Positions 37,701 to 47,989 are shown, counted from the first letter of the stretch. The stretch is 64,000 bases of DNA from an uncultured bacterium (GCA_963696395.1 CAVOJZ010000002.1:656344-720343), one strand, 5' to 3'. Numbers and translations are program-made. Notes: a model not told the origin generated them from the letters alone.

Positions 37701-40116
37701 GGGAGCAGTGTCGGTCACTTTCCCGGATTCAGTGCCGAGCGGCGACGCCGTTTATGTCAACTATCTCCAGCAAACATCAACGACAAGCCCATATCAAAAC
37801 CCGATCCCGAGTGGTCCGTTCCCACCAAGTTTCTTCATTCCGATCTCAGCACATCCAAACGGCGGCACTGGTTTGTCCTGGTGGGGAGCCTGCACTGGAT
37901 GGAGCGGTACCACCTTCCACTCGACATGTGCGTCAACATACAGGCCGCCTTGGCCCGCAATCGGAGGAGATGTGACCGGTGCCTCAGATGTGACGGGGCA
38001 TGCGTATAACATACCAGCGCAAGAATCCTATGCGGAATTGTCGGATGATCTGAACTATGGGACGGCATACACCGTTACTGGCGCGAATTGGAATAATGGC
38101 ATCGCGACCATCACGATTTCAGGCTCATTCAATGCGGGTGAGTATGGGCCGTATGGAGAGGTAACGATCACTGGGATTTCACCATCAGCTTACGACTGCA
38201 CGGATTGCGCGATCACAAGCAACAGCTCGGGGCAGATTAGCTATCAATTGGCAAGCAATCCAGGCACATTTGTTTCGGGAGGCAGCGCGAAGTGGCCGAT
38301 AATCAAGCAATTCAACGAGGACATCTACCAGGCCGATCCGAGTTCTTCCTCCACCCCCACCATCTCCTCTTTCTCCTCCTCTCCCTCTTCCATCACCCTC
38401 GGTTCATCCTCTGTCTTGTCCTGGAATGTCTCAAATGCATCTTCTGTCCTTCTCACAGGCAACAACCTCAATCTTTCAACCAGCACCGCTTCAGGAACAG
38501 TCTCCGTCACTCCGAATGCCACAGGAACCCTCATCTATACCCTTGCCGCCAACAACTCGAATGGAACCTCGACCGCAACGACAAGCATCATGGTAGCCGC
38601 GGGGAATACCACGTCTTCTCCTCCCCAGAATCTCTCGGCAACCCCCCACAACGCCTCGGTCTCTCTCTCCTGGCAAGCTCCTTCCTCCAACGGAGGATCA
38701 CCTCTCACGGAATATCTTGTGTATGACCGGTTCACGGGATCAAGCACCTTTGCCTTGTATGCAACAACGTCTCCCAGTCAAACAACGTCAACCGTCACTT
38801 CCCTCACGAATGGAACCAGCTATGACTTCGAGATCATCGCCCAAAACAGCGTAGGGACTTCAACCCCCAGCACTATTGCATCCAGTACCCCGTATACCGT
38901 CCCCGGAGCTCCGACCGGTGTCTCTGCCACCGCAGGCAATGCCGAAGCAACCATTTCGTTCACCGCTCCAGGATCCAACGGGGGATCAAGCATCCTCTTC
39001 TATACTGCCACCTCGAACCCGGGGAACATCCAAGCCTCATCCACCGCCTCTCCCATCTCGGTATCCGGTCTCACGAATGGTCAAAGCTACACCTTTGTCG
39101 TCACGGCTACCAATCTTGCGGGAACGGGTGCTTCTTCCTCTCCCTCAGGGAGCGTGACCCCCTCGGGAAATGCACCTCTCATCAATTCATTCTCCGCAAG
39201 TCCCCAATATACAGAACCCAGCGTCACCTCAACGCTCTCCTGGAATGTGAGCAATGCCTCTTCCGTGAGTATCACCCCAGGAGGATTCTCTACCTCAACC
39301 CTCATCGGCTCCTGGAATGTCGCTCCCACCTCGACGACGACATATACCCTTACGGCTTCATCCAATGGGAACGGCACGAGTACCGCCCAAACAACGATTA
39401 CCGTCCAAAGCATCCCTCCCTCAGTACCCCAGAATCTCTCCGCAGATCCCGTATCCACCTCAGAAATTGATCTTTCCTGGTCAGCAAGCACAAGCACGAT
39501 CCCCATATCCGGATATGGCGTATTTGAAAACAGCATACAGATTGCAACGACATCAAATACCTCATACCAAAACACCGGTCTCAATCAAGACACCACCTAC
39601 ACCTATGCGGTCGACGCTATTGATGCCGCAGGGAATGTATCAGGACAAAGTTCATCCACCTCGGCAACCACGGAAACCCAGCAATCCGGGGGAGGTGGCG
39701 GCGGCGGAGGCGGAGGCGGCGGTGGTGGTGGTTGCTACTACAACTGCAGTTATGGAGGTTCTTCCTCCACAAGCACACCCTCAAGCACAGGATCAGGAAG
39801 CTCATCTTCTCTCCTTGCAACCCTTCTCGCAGAACTGGAAGCCCTGATCAAAGCAATGAATACCCAATTAGTCACGTCTTTCACACGAAACCTCACCATT
39901 GGATCACGAGGAACCGATGTCCAAAACCTCCAGATCTTCCTGAATGACAATGGCTACCCGATCGCAAGCTCAGGAGCAGGATCAATCGGCAAAGAATCCA
40001 CCTACTTTGGCGCAAAGACACAAGAAGCCTTGGCCAAATGGCAGAAGGCAAACCATCTTCCTGCTACCGGATACTTTGGGGGACTGACGCGGGGGGAGAT
40101 GAACAAGCTGTATTAG
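34705..40116 (+). CDS. Giant surface protein paralog (1803 aa): signal peptide, N-terminal domain shared with the 57114 gene, Ig-like/FN3, large beta-helix domain, several Ig-like/FN3 domains, poly-Gly, C-terminal PG-binding module
   Basis: LHKKSLYILIALGLFCFFG signal. Beta-helix segment similar to the 57114 gene (APSRA..W...). Three FN3-like PPQNLSA...SWQAP domains. C-terminus LNDNGYPIASSGAGSIGKESTYFGAKTQEALAKWQ. Confidence 0.8.
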   Translation: MIGTLHKKSLYILIALGLFCFFGFIPQVHAAPAVVQSCNDMEYTAKATCTLPGNMGPNHTIIATAYSSAASDTFSITGCGGSWNNLYAYNAANFSWNVWTTTSTNGLSCTASTTLNPNNNYNFLDLMEVSGVGASDVAPAVNNPSYCSSCSSAPITTATNGDLVLLLNFDPSTYEAYSNFTNSFSIFAQGTSTVHGQGTGSYAISNLLQSLAGNISSTWTASVASSYEDSLIMAFKPGQSFPAISSFSASPSEVLPGGTSTLSWNVSNASSVAITPGSFSTSTLIASTTVNPTSTTMYTLIATNSNGTSTATTTVSIDSSTPTTPTNLVATSLSASQISLAWTSSTDSGGSGIADYNIFRCLGSCTPTTTVATSSGASYIDSNLTASTTYTYAVQAVNGVGTLSATSTSVSTMTQASGGTDPWAGIIAPSRAMNWKEEAGLTQTFPDGETTLNAWTPPTRATVCATVAPEGTAASPVAFASSNLEIAEASCPAGEVVQLETGSYYYSTNPQIASISYPNTINNITVRGAGADQTKIYAPGFGLTGSDVYASEAYSNAWSGPYAQGSLTTTFSGLSVGDLLNLSQCATGFSGSNPCTNPTNSEIDNGGEFVTSLDNPWYHINGTNVQGGQLEFQVVRVNSIVGSTVTFSDPVQPDNFSSAETPSFERIYSGTNGVPNGIGLEDLSLDATFDSGTGGLGITFCYDCWVKGVRLITTTQNYNGDVGVDGSDHVLIANNYFSFGNSGNYGISIGSSDGVSNALVLNNIVTGSGFISGDGATGVVIADNYVAPSELDEIDSHSPWRDYTLVEGNVACSYEDDPDHGGAADFTTLFRNRLGTNQTCLSAASTISEGAGSRYTNIVDNVLGLPGFTTAYQDFDYSASSPAVYQFGANAVTGSAGIPWDPLSLNTSFRWGNWDDVNGGVQENDSEVPSSLDAAVGYQQALSGSSTTWSGTLAHLPGISPDSAVYVPATVTSSPQLFAFDNGSGTLTYNGTGTINYSTGAVSVTFPDSVPSGDAVYVNYLQQTSTTSPYQNPIPSGPFPPSFFIPISAHPNGGTGLSWWGACTGWSGTTFHSTCASTYRPPWPAIGGDVTGASDVTGHAYNIPAQESYAELSDDLNYGTAYTVTGANWNNGIATITISGSFNAGEYGPYGEVTITGISPSAYDCTDCAITSNSSGQISYQLASNPGTFVSGGSAKWPIIKQFNEDIYQADPSSSSTPTISSFSSSPSSITLGSSSVLSWNVSNASSVLLTGNNLNLSTSTASGTVSVTPNATGTLIYTLAANNSNGTSTATTSIMVAAGNTTSSPPQNLSATPHNASVSLSWQAPSSNGGSPLTEYLVYDRFTGSSTFALYATTSPSQTTSTVTSLTNGTSYDFEIIAQNSVGTSTPSTIASSTPYTVPGAPTGVSATAGNAEATISFTAPGSNGGSSILFYTATSNPGNIQASSTASPISVSGLTNGQSYTFVVTATNLAGTGASSSPSGSVTPSGNAPLINSFSASPQYTEPSVTSTLSWNVSNASSVSITPGGFSTSTLIGSWNVAPTSTTTYTLTASSNGNGTSTAQTTITVQSIPPSVPQNLSADPVSTSEIDLSWSASTSTIPISGYGVFENSIQIATTSNTSYQNTGLNQDTTYTYAVDAIDAAGNVSGQSSSTSATTETQQSGGGGGGGGGGGGGGGCYYNCSYGGSSSTSTPSSTGSGSSSSLLATLLAELEALIKAMNTQLVTSFTRNLTIGSRGTDVQNLQIFLNDNGYPIASSGAGSIGKESTYFGAKTQEALAKWQKANHLPATGYFGGLTRGEMNKLY

Positions 40117-40207
40117 AAGGAGGCAGCAAAAAAGAAATTTCCTAAAGTCCACCGTGAACCAGGGCATTGCAGTGGGCGAAGCGGTGAGCGTTCAGGAATT
40201 GGATATA

Positions 40208-40310
40208 CGAAAACACCCCAGAGAAAATCTGGGGTGTTTGCTATGTGTTCAGAAATCGAATACGTCTTTTTCTTGTCGTGATGTATTCAGAAAATGGACA
40301 TGCGAATATT
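40208..40310. repeat. Copy 2 of the ~100-nt hairpin + direct-repeat element
   Basis: aaaacaccccagagaaaatctggggtgt...tatgtgttcagaaatcgaat...tcttgtcg...gtattcagaaaatgga aligns with 21681-21790. Confidence 0.6.
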
Positions 40311-40343
40311 GAGCAATGAACCTCAACGAGATAGAATTAACGT

Positions 40344-40877
40344 ATGGCAAATAACTCGGCTTTTATCGACAGCAACAATCTTTATAAGGCGATGGAAACA
40401 CTCGGCTGGAAATTGGACAATGCAAAATTTCGAACGTTTCTCTCGGATAAGTATGACGTTCAGAAAGCATATCTCTGCATCGGATACATTCCGCAAAATC
40501 AGGCGATGTACACCCGCCTCCAGCAACAAGGATTCATTCTTATTTTTAAGCCAGTCCTGACTCTGAAAGACGGCACGACCAAAGGCAATTGTGATGCTGA
40601 CCTCGTATTGAGGGCAATGGTAGAATATCCGAATTATGATAAGGCAGTCATCGTGACCGGAGACGGAGATTATTATTCTCTGGTCGATTATTTGAAATCG
40701 CAAAATAAGTTGGAGCAATTGCTGATCCCAGATGAAAACCGGTATTCAGCGTTGCTTAAAAAGGTTAACAATGAGCACCTGAAATATATTTCTTTTATAA
40801 GTAGGATGCGGAATAGAATGGAGTATTTCCCCAAAAGCCCTAAAAATGAAAAGGGCCCCAGAAGGACGGAACCTTAA
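40344..40877 (+). CDS. NYN-domain (LabA-like) predicted RNase
   Basis: FIDSNNLY...GNCDADLVLRAM...AVIVTGDGDYYSLVDYL are the conserved acidic residues and layout of PF01936. Confidence 0.7.
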   Translation: MANNSAFIDSNNLYKAMETLGWKLDNAKFRTFLSDKYDVQKAYLCIGYIPQNQAMYTRLQQQGFILIFKPVLTLKDGTTKGNCDADLVLRAMVEYPNYDKAVIVTGDGDYYSLVDYLKSQNKLEQLLIPDENRYSALLKKVNNEHLKYISFISRMRNRMEYFPKSPKNEKGPRRTEP

Positions 40878-40979
40878 GGGAGCCTTTTCGTGGTGATACC
40901 TTACTATACTACAAAATTGCTGTCAAAAGTCAACGGGTGGCCCGCGTACCGCAGTGCACGAAGGGATAAGATCAAGATC

Positions 40980-41048
40980 TGCCGCGTTATCCCCACCTCC
41001 TCATTTTGCCCCCCCCAGAACACGGTAAACTGATAAGTAAGACACTAC
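40980..41048 (+). repeat. Promoter/leader part of the intergenic module (identical to 34645-34704) including poly-C8 (~41009-41016)
   Basis: ttatccccacctcctcattttgccccccccagaacacggtaaactgataagtaag is repeated verbatim. Confidence 0.7.
41009..41016 (+). promoter_or_regulatory. Poly-C8 homopolymer in the putative promoter spacer upstream of the 41049 gene
   Basis: Same context as 34667-34674. Confidence 0.4.
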
Positions 41049-44000
41049 ATGGTTGGCTGTCGCAGATATAAAAAGTTCTTCTATATATTGATCGTCCTTG
41101 GGGTGGTCTTGTTTGGGATGCAGGGGAGGCAGGCAGGTGCGGCAATAAGTCGCGTGCAGTTCCGGACTGGCGAAGTCACGAGTGCCTCTAGTTCGTTCTC
41201 GTTGACCGTGGCCGTTTCTTCTACGCAGGTAGGGGATTTGGAAACTTTGTATGTCCAGACAGGGTTAAGTCCATCCAATATCATAGGGGTCCAGGACTCT
41301 TATGGCGACAACTTGAACCGGATTCTCTGCTTTACAACAACCTATAGTACCCCGAACTGTCTTTACTACTATCCTAGTGTTCCCCTCAACGTCACTTCTG
41401 TCACGATTACGGCAACGGGGACTCCCGGGAGTATCGTTGCCGGATTCGCCGAGTATTCTGGTATCGCGACATCAAGCCCCTTAGACGCGACAAGTTCGTT
41501 CGTGTATAACCCCGCCACGACTACGGTGTGGACAAGCGGCATTGCAACTACCACGCAGGCTGGTGAATTGTTTATCGGAGCAGCCGTGGACACAGATAAC
41601 AACTATACATTGACTCCGAATTCTCCCTGGAATAATGTCGGCGGAGGCACGATTGAACACGGACACGGAGCCGCCGATCTTTACCTGGATTATTTCCCCA
41701 CCGGAAATGATAGTGGATATGTCTCAACGGGAACATTGTCCCAAGCGGATCAGGTCGGTGCAGCCATAGCCTCGTTCAAAGCTACTCCTGCCGCTCCCAC
41801 AATTGCGTCTTTTTCCGCAAGCCCTACTCTTGTCAGTTCCGGCGCTTCGACTCTCAGCTGGAATGTAAGCAATGCTTCTTCGGTGGCTATCACTCCAGGA
41901 AACTTCAGTACGAGCACCCTGGTTGGTTCCACAGTTGTGGCCCCTACTTCAACCGTTGTATATACCTTGACCGCTGCAAACGCCATCGGAACGAGCACAG
42001 CGACAACGACGGTGAATTTCGACGATACCCCTCCCACCACTCCAACGAGTGTCATTATCACATCAGTCATGACGTCCACCATCTCGTTTTCATGGGCTAG
42101 TTCCACAGATCCAATAGTTGCTTCCGATACGACCTCTGGCGTTGGTGGGTATGACATTTATCGCAATGCGATCTTTGTCGCTTCGACGACCGCATCCTCA
42201 ACCACTTTTTCTGATACAGGCCTTACGGCCAGTACCACGTACACATACAACATCGCTGCATTCGATAATGCTGGCAATATAAGTGCCACGTCGACAGGTG
42301 TTCAAGGAACCACTCAGTCAAATACTCATGTTTTCTACATCGCCGCGGACGGGAACGATGCCAATCCGGGCACTTCAAAATCCGCCCCGTGGCTTCATGC
42401 TCCCGGTATGCCGAATTGCACTGGGACGTGTGCGGCATACACGCCTCAGCCGGGAGATCGGTTTATCTTCCGCGGAGGGGATACGTGGCATACGGCGAAC
42501 TCATCCGCAGCAGACGGGAATACGAATGCGTATACAGGGTACGGTCCCGATCCCATCGATAATCGCGCCACAAGTTCATGGAACTGGGATTGGAGCGGAT
42601 CGTCTACGACGTGTTCCTGGGTCGCTTGGCCGAATAGTGGCCTCCCAACCAATGATTCTGGGTGTATTTATATCGGAGTAGATAAATCCTGGTACAGTGG
42701 TGCCAATTGGACGAGGCCTGCATTCGATCTTGATAATCCGCTCAGCGCGTCATTTGTTTCCAGTTGCGCATACGACGAAACCAACGCGTTTCACGGAATT
42801 GACCTTGGGCAGTTCTACGGATATCCCGATGATGCGGTCCGCGGGATCATCTTTGATGGGTTTAATTTCTATGGGTACTGCAATTCTGCTCCACCTCTAC
42901 CAGGAGTTTCTTACGTAAATATTGTGGGGACCTATGTCGGAGTCATCAATTCTTACTTTCATGGATGGACGGAGACGGATAATCCTCAGCCGAACGGGCA
43001 AGCCCCCGAAGATCAATCACCGGCGGTCATAGATCATTACACGGATGCGATAGTTCCTAATGGTGCTACGCACAATGCGATCGCTTTCGACGTATTTGAC
43101 GGATCCGATGGTTACTGTCCAGGTCCCTCCGGCTATTGTTTGGGAGGGGGTCTAGGATTAGACTACGACGTTTCCCACAGTGTGTTTCGATACATGTCCA
43201 ATGGCATTGGCGGCCAAAATCAGAATGATGCTTACATACACGATAACCTGATCGAAAACTTGTATGAGAGTTTCGATCCGGCGGCACATGGCTCGGTTAT
43301 CGAACAGAATGGCAATGACCTTGCGCAACCGATGCAGTGGTACAACAATATCGTGCGAAATAATTCTATCGGAGAAACAGTGGCTCCGGACATAACAAAC
43401 AGTTCGACGTTGTATTATTTCAACAATGTGATGTTTAACAATGGCAATCCTACCAATTGCATGGAGTTTTCTTCCGGGAATAGCTCGTCCACCGATGACC
43501 AATCCTATCTTACTAATGACACCTTCGACGCACCTTGTAGTATACGATTAAATGCGGGAGGTAACGGTCCTCAGTATAAGGGGACGATCTATTTCCAGAA
43601 TAACCATGTGATCGGAACTGGAGCCACGTCAACTATGGCTTGGGTTGGTACACCGCCCTCGGGCATCACCATTACGGATAATGGCAACGAAGTTTTCCAA
43701 ACAGAATCAGCTGCCAACGCACAGGGATATGCGTCAAACACTAACTATGCCCCGACTTCAGAAACCGGAGCAACCGTTGGTGCGGGCGCGAACCTGACGA
43801 GTAACTGCTCAACATATTCATCAGATTCCGCGCTCTGTAGCGGCACGACCGCGGTTTCGTATGATGCTGCGGATTATGTCGCGCTTGCGGCAACATCTAC
43901 TGCTTCGCGCCCTTCGTCTGGCCCATGGGATTCGGGTGCCTACGAATATAGCCTGCCTCCTCCCGTGATATCTTCTTTCTCCGCTGCTCCTCTCTATGTT

Positions 44001-44897
44001 CAACCAAATGTTACATCGACCCTCAGTTGGAATGTGAGCAATGCCTCTTCCGTGAGTATCACCCCAGGAGGATTCTCCACCTCAACCCTCATCGGCTCCT
44101 GGAATGTAGCTCCCACCTCAACGACCACATATACCTTGACTGCTTCATCGAACGGCAATGGTACGAGTACCGCTCAGACGACGATTACCGTGCAAAGCAT
44201 CCCTCCTTCTATTCCACAGAACCTCTCAGCAACCCCCGTCTCTCCCTCAGAGATTGACCTCTCCTGGTCTGCCTCCACAAGCACCATCCCTGTAGCCGGA
44301 TACGATATCTATCAAAACAGCGTGAAGATCGCCACGACCTCCAATACGAGCTACGCCAACACTGGTCTTGCGCAAGCTACTACCTACACGTATACCGTGG
44401 ATGCTTTTGATGCTGCAGGGAATGTCTCCCCGCAGAGTTCTTCTACCTCAGCAACCACGGAAACCGAGCAATCTGGTGGTGGTGGAGGAGGAGGTGGCGG
44501 CGGGGGCGGGGGCGGGGGAGGCGGATATTACTACGAGCCTCCTGCGACGACCACAGCGTCAAGCACTCCAGGAACGGCAAGTGAGTCGTCACTCCTTGCC
44601 ACGCTTCTCGCGGAACTTGAAGCCCTCATCAAAGAACTCAATACCCAGCTCGTAGCATCCTTCACGAGAAACCTTACCATTGGATCACGGGGGACGGATG
44701 TCCAAAACCTCCAGGTCTTCCTGAATGACAACGGGTATCAGATAGCACCATCTGGCGTCGGATCTCTCGGACATGAGTCCACCTACTTTGGCTCAAAGAC
44801 CGCACAAGCCCTTGCCAAATGGCAGAAGGCGAATGGTCTTCCAAGTTCAGGCTACTTTGGGGCATTGACACGAGCGCTGCTCAACAAACTATATTAG
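41049..44897 (+). CDS. Giant surface protein paralog (1282 aa): signal peptide, Ig-like, FN3, beta-helix domain (shared type with the 30321 gene), Ig-like/FN3, poly-Gly, PG-binding module
   Basis: RYKKFFYILIVLGVVLFGMQ signal. FYIAADGNDANPGTSKSAPWLHAPGMPNCTG. C-terminus LNDNGYQIAPSGVGSLGHESTYFGSKTAQALAKWQ. Confidence 0.8.
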   Translation: MVGCRRYKKFFYILIVLGVVLFGMQGRQAGAAISRVQFRTGEVTSASSSFSLTVAVSSTQVGDLETLYVQTGLSPSNIIGVQDSYGDNLNRILCFTTTYSTPNCLYYYPSVPLNVTSVTITATGTPGSIVAGFAEYSGIATSSPLDATSSFVYNPATTTVWTSGIATTTQAGELFIGAAVDTDNNYTLTPNSPWNNVGGGTIEHGHGAADLYLDYFPTGNDSGYVSTGTLSQADQVGAAIASFKATPAAPTIASFSASPTLVSSGASTLSWNVSNASSVAITPGNFSTSTLVGSTVVAPTSTVVYTLTAANAIGTSTATTTVNFDDTPPTTPTSVIITSVMTSTISFSWASSTDPIVASDTTSGVGGYDIYRNAIFVASTTASSTTFSDTGLTASTTYTYNIAAFDNAGNISATSTGVQGTTQSNTHVFYIAADGNDANPGTSKSAPWLHAPGMPNCTGTCAAYTPQPGDRFIFRGGDTWHTANSSAADGNTNAYTGYGPDPIDNRATSSWNWDWSGSSTTCSWVAWPNSGLPTNDSGCIYIGVDKSWYSGANWTRPAFDLDNPLSASFVSSCAYDETNAFHGIDLGQFYGYPDDAVRGIIFDGFNFYGYCNSAPPLPGVSYVNIVGTYVGVINSYFHGWTETDNPQPNGQAPEDQSPAVIDHYTDAIVPNGATHNAIAFDVFDGSDGYCPGPSGYCLGGGLGLDYDVSHSVFRYMSNGIGGQNQNDAYIHDNLIENLYESFDPAAHGSVIEQNGNDLAQPMQWYNNIVRNNSIGETVAPDITNSSTLYYFNNVMFNNGNPTNCMEFSSGNSSSTDDQSYLTNDTFDAPCSIRLNAGGNGPQYKGTIYFQNNHVIGTGATSTMAWVGTPPSGITITDNGNEVFQTESAANAQGYASNTNYAPTSETGATVGAGANLTSNCSTYSSDSALCSGTTAVSYDAADYVALAATSTASRPSSGPWDSGAYEYSLPPPVISSFSAAPLYVQPNVTSTLSWNVSNASSVSITPGGFSTSTLIGSWNVAPTSTTTYTLTASSNGNGTSTAQTTITVQSIPPSIPQNLSATPVSPSEIDLSWSASTSTIPVAGYDIYQNSVKIATTSNTSYANTGLAQATTYTYTVDAFDAAGNVSPQSSSTSATTETEQSGGGGGGGGGGGGGGGGGYYYEPPATTTASSTPGTASESSLLATLLAELEALIKELNTQLVASFTRNLTIGSRGTDVQNLQVFLNDNGYQIAPSGVGSLGHESTYFGSKTAQALAKWQKANGLPSSGYFGALTRALLNKLY

Positions 44898-45096
44898 AGG
44901 AGAGGGCGAGAAGAAACTTCCGTGGGCGAAGTGTTAAAGCAGCACTTTCGTCCCAGTATTTCACTGAAAATGCTCTTGCTAAGTCAAGGGCATTTTGGGT
45001 TTTTAAAGAGCGGAGGGGAGAGGGTAAGAAGCTGGCGGGCAGGTATTTTGAAACTTTTTTCCCGTCTGGGTAGTACCTATAGATAAGAACATCGCT

Positions 45097-45684
45097 ATGC
45101 GAAAGAACTTTCTGGTGCTGTCGCTGTTTGCTGCCTCTATTTCAATGGCTCTTACCGCAGGGGTGGCGTTTGCGCAGTCAAACGGCGGCTACGGGGGAGC
45201 GGGCAGGGGCCAGTTTTCCGGCGTCTTCGGACAGGTAACTGCCATTAATGGGACAAGTATCACTATCAATGACACTCGCAATAGCACGACGTATACCGTT
45301 GATGCATCCAACGCGACCGTAGCAAAGAACGGCGCGGCAGGTTCCATTTCCGACATTGCCGTGGGCGATACTATCGTGGTTCAGGGTACGATGAGCGGCG
45401 ACTCCGTTACGGCAACGAGCATCATGGATGGGTTCGGCGGGCACGGCGGCTACCCGGGTGGGCATGGTTCAAGTACGCGACCATTTAACGCGAGCGGCAC
45501 GTATGGCCGTCCGTCCGGTACGCCGCCCTTCGCAAGCGGCACCTTCCTGGGCCACGATAATAACTTTCCTTCCTCAACACAAAATCCTGCACCTTCTTCG
45601 ACCCCGAACGTCATGGTGAACCAAGGATTTTTCGGCTCCATCATGGGCTTCTTCGCGAATATCTTCAGCTTCTTCAAGCTGTAA
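45097..45684 (+). CDS. Secreted Gly-rich protein, DUF5666-like (195 aa)
   Basis: Signal peptide MRKNFLVLSLFAASISMALTAGVAFA. Segment VTAINGTSITINDTRNSTTYTV...GDTIVVQGTMSGDSVTATSI. Confidence 0.45.
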   Translation: MRKNFLVLSLFAASISMALTAGVAFAQSNGGYGGAGRGQFSGVFGQVTAINGTSITINDTRNSTTYTVDASNATVAKNGAAGSISDIAVGDTIVVQGTMSGDSVTATSIMDGFGGHGGYPGGHGSSTRPFNASGTYGRPSGTPPFASGTFLGHDNNFPSSTQNPAPSSTPNVMVNQGFFGSIMGFFANIFSFFKL

Positions 45685-45715
45685 GAGTTTCGGCGTTGGA
45701 GAAAGGTCGAATCTT

Positions 45716-46066
45716 TTGAATATATATATTATGGAAGACCAATCAAATAATCAGCAGCATCCTGAAGGCTGCAAGTGCTGGAAGTGCCAGGGAGGACAGA
45801 TGGACTGTGGCTACTGCCGGAAGCATAACCCGTGGTACCATTTGGCTCGTTGGGCGCTTGCCATTCTTGTCATTGTCGTCGTGTTTTGGTTCGGCCTGTT
45901 CATCGGACGCTTGGAAGGACAGCTTGGCGGCGGACGAACGATGATGCGTCATTCATACTCCGGCGGCTACGGCCATGCGTATCCTATGATGCAGGGAGGT
46001 TACGGCAGCATGGGCACCCATTCGCAGGCGACCCAGTCCGCTCCGTCGGCAACGTCGAACCAGTAA
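45716..46066 (+). CDS. Cys-rich zinc-binding N-domain + single TM + Gly/Met/Tyr-rich tail protein (TTG start with GGAGAAAGG 8 nt upstream; alternative ATG at 45731)
   Basis: CKCWKCQGGQMDCGYCRKH, then WALAILVIVVVFWFGLFIG. The architecture is anti-sigma-factor-like. Confidence 0.4.
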   Translation: MNIYIMEDQSNNQQHPEGCKCWKCQGGQMDCGYCRKHNPWYHLARWALAILVIVVVFWFGLFIGRLEGQLGGGRTMMRHSYSGGYGHAYPMMQGGYGSMGTHSQATQSAPSATSNQ

Positions 46067-46149
46067 AGTTATCAAAGGAAGAAAATTCCTCAACGGGAAT
46101 TGCGTATAGTATTTACGCAAAGGTCGTGAGGGAAACAAATAACAACTAC

Positions 46150-47019
46150 ATGAAAAACAAACTTACCATTTTTGGAATCGTAGGGACGGCGGCCGGACTT
46201 CTTGCCCTTGCCTCGCTTGCGAGCGCCCAGGTGGCTCCTCTTGAGGTGACCTGCAACGCGGCAGTGTCCAACAACACTATCACGTGGACGGCAACCGCAC
46301 AGAATGGCGTTGCGCCCTACACCTATCTTTGGTCGGGCGACTCAAGCGTCGCGGGTAGCACAAGCACATCAATTGCGGCGACCTATCAGGCGAACGGGAC
46401 CTACGCCGCAGCCGTCACGGCGACCGACAGCTCTTCAAGCGTCGCAACCGCAAACTGCTCGGGGGTCATCAACTATTTTGTCGGGACGTCTCCGACGACG
46501 ACCGCTTCAAGCACGCCGACGCACGAGCAGGTCAACCTGCCTGCGGAGCTTCAGGTCGGGACGAACGGCAGTTTCCTCGCGCATGACCTTATCGTGCAAA
46601 GCGTAAGCGGCAATTCGTTCACGGGAACGGTGTGGGGAGTGACTTACACGGTGAACGTCGCGGCGTCCACGAATGGAAGTGTTCCGCAGTTCTACCTCCG
46701 CGGAGGCAATAGCGGCGGCTCATTCAATGTATCCGAGCTTCAGGACGGCGACCAGCTTGGGGTTTCCGGCTCCGTCGTCTCCAGTTCTCCGCTTGTTGTC
46801 AATGCGACAGTTGTCCGAGATTATAGTATTACCACGGCGCGTCCCATGGGACGGGGCGACTTTGGCAATATATCCTTCGGCAACGGCTCATTCGGGCAGG
46901 GCAACGGAAACAACAACGCAAGCTCCGGGAACGGCAATGCGCAGGGGCGGCTCAATCAGTTGCTCCAGCAGCTGCAAGGTTTGCAGAACATGTTCAGAAA
47001 TCGGTTCGGTGGAAGATAA
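46150..47019 (+). CDS. Secreted protein with Ig-like/PKD-like region (290 aa)
   Basis: The ATG at 46150 gives signal peptide MKNKLTIFGIVGTAAGLLALASLASA. The ORF-track start at 45832 lacks a credible start. Confidence 0.5.
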   Translation: MKNKLTIFGIVGTAAGLLALASLASAQVAPLEVTCNAAVSNNTITWTATAQNGVAPYTYLWSGDSSVAGSTSTSIAATYQANGTYAAAVTATDSSSSVATANCSGVINYFVGTSPTTTASSTPTHEQVNLPAELQVGTNGSFLAHDLIVQSVSGNSFTGTVWGVTYTVNVAASTNGSVPQFYLRGGNSGGSFNVSELQDGDQLGVSGSVVSSSPLVVNATVVRDYSITTARPMGRGDFGNISFGNGSFGQGNGNNNASSGNGNAQGRLNQLLQQLQGLQNMFRNRFGGR

Positions 47020-47191
47020 GTTGGAAAAAATATTTAAAGCAGCCCCTTCGCGTGGCTGTTTTAAATTGTTTGTGCGACACGATGGAGTCTGCGCGTCTCA
47101 ATATTGTCCCCTCATGATCTGTCTGGCGAGAAAGCGAACTATCCCTCACGTATCGGCATGATCCCCACGCAAGAGAGTATAATGAAAGCAT

Positions 47192-47980
47192 ATGATTCAG
47201 GTCGATAGCCTCGTGAAACAATATGGAGAGATCACCGCCGTCGACCATGTTTCGTTCGAGGTTGCCGACGGAGAGGTGTTTGCGTTTCTCGGTCCCAACG
47301 GCGCAGGAAAAACGACAACGGTGAAGATGTTGACGACCTTGCTTCATCCGACCTCGGGCACGATCCGGCTGAACGGCATTGACCCCGTGAGCGAACCGGA
47401 AGCGGCACGACGAACCTTCGGTATCGTGTTCCAGGATCCGAGTATCGACGATGATCTTACGGCGTGGGAAAACATGGATTTGCACGGTGTGCTGTATGAC
47501 GTGCCTGACGGGGAGCGATGGAAACGAAGCGAGGCCCTTCTTAAAGAAGTGGATCTTTGGGATCGCAAGAATAGTCCGGTCAAAGAGTTTTCCGGCGGTA
47601 TGAAACGGCGCCTGGAGATTGCGCGATCCCTCCTTCATGATCCCAAGATCCTATTCCTCGACGAGCCGACCGTCGGACTTGATCCCCAGACGAGGAACCT
47701 TATGTGGGACCGCATACAGGAGCTCAATAAGGCGGAAAAGATGACGATCTTTCTCACTACCCATTACATGGAGGAAGCGGACAGGATGGCGACGCGCATT
47801 GCTATTATTGACCACGGCAAAATTATCGAAACAGGAACCTCGGAAGAGCTGAAGAAAAAAACGAACACGCAATATCTGGAAGACGCCTTTCTTGCACTCA
47901 CGGGTAAAAGCATTCGAGAGGAAGATGCAGGGGGTACCGCGCATACGAAGCAAATGGGTCGGATGTTTGGACGGAGATAG
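47192..47980 (+). CDS. ABC transporter ATP-binding protein (ABC-2 exporter family)
   Basis: Walker A LGPNGAGKTT, signature FSGGMKRR, Walker B ILFLDEPT. Confidence 0.85.
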   Translation: MIQVDSLVKQYGEITAVDHVSFEVADGEVFAFLGPNGAGKTTTVKMLTTLLHPTSGTIRLNGIDPVSEPEAARRTFGIVFQDPSIDDDLTAWENMDLHGVLYDVPDGERWKRSEALLKEVDLWDRKNSPVKEFSGGMKRRLEIARSLLHDPKILFLDEPTVGLDPQTRNLMWDRIQELNKAEKMTIFLTTHYMEEADRMATRIAIIDHGKIIETGTSEELKKKTNTQYLEDAFLALTGKSIREEDAGGTAHTKQMGRMFGRR

Positions 47981-47989
47981 TGCAACACC

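Noticed and set aside
44819-45073. 84-aa ORF spanning the end of the 41049 gene and its downstream spacer
   Set aside because: It overlaps the conserved 3' end and the partial intergenic module, with no start context.
46994-47638. Minus-strand 214-aa ORF overlapping the ABC ATPase gene
   Set aside because: The ABC ATPase has Walker A, signature and Walker B motifs on the plus strand.
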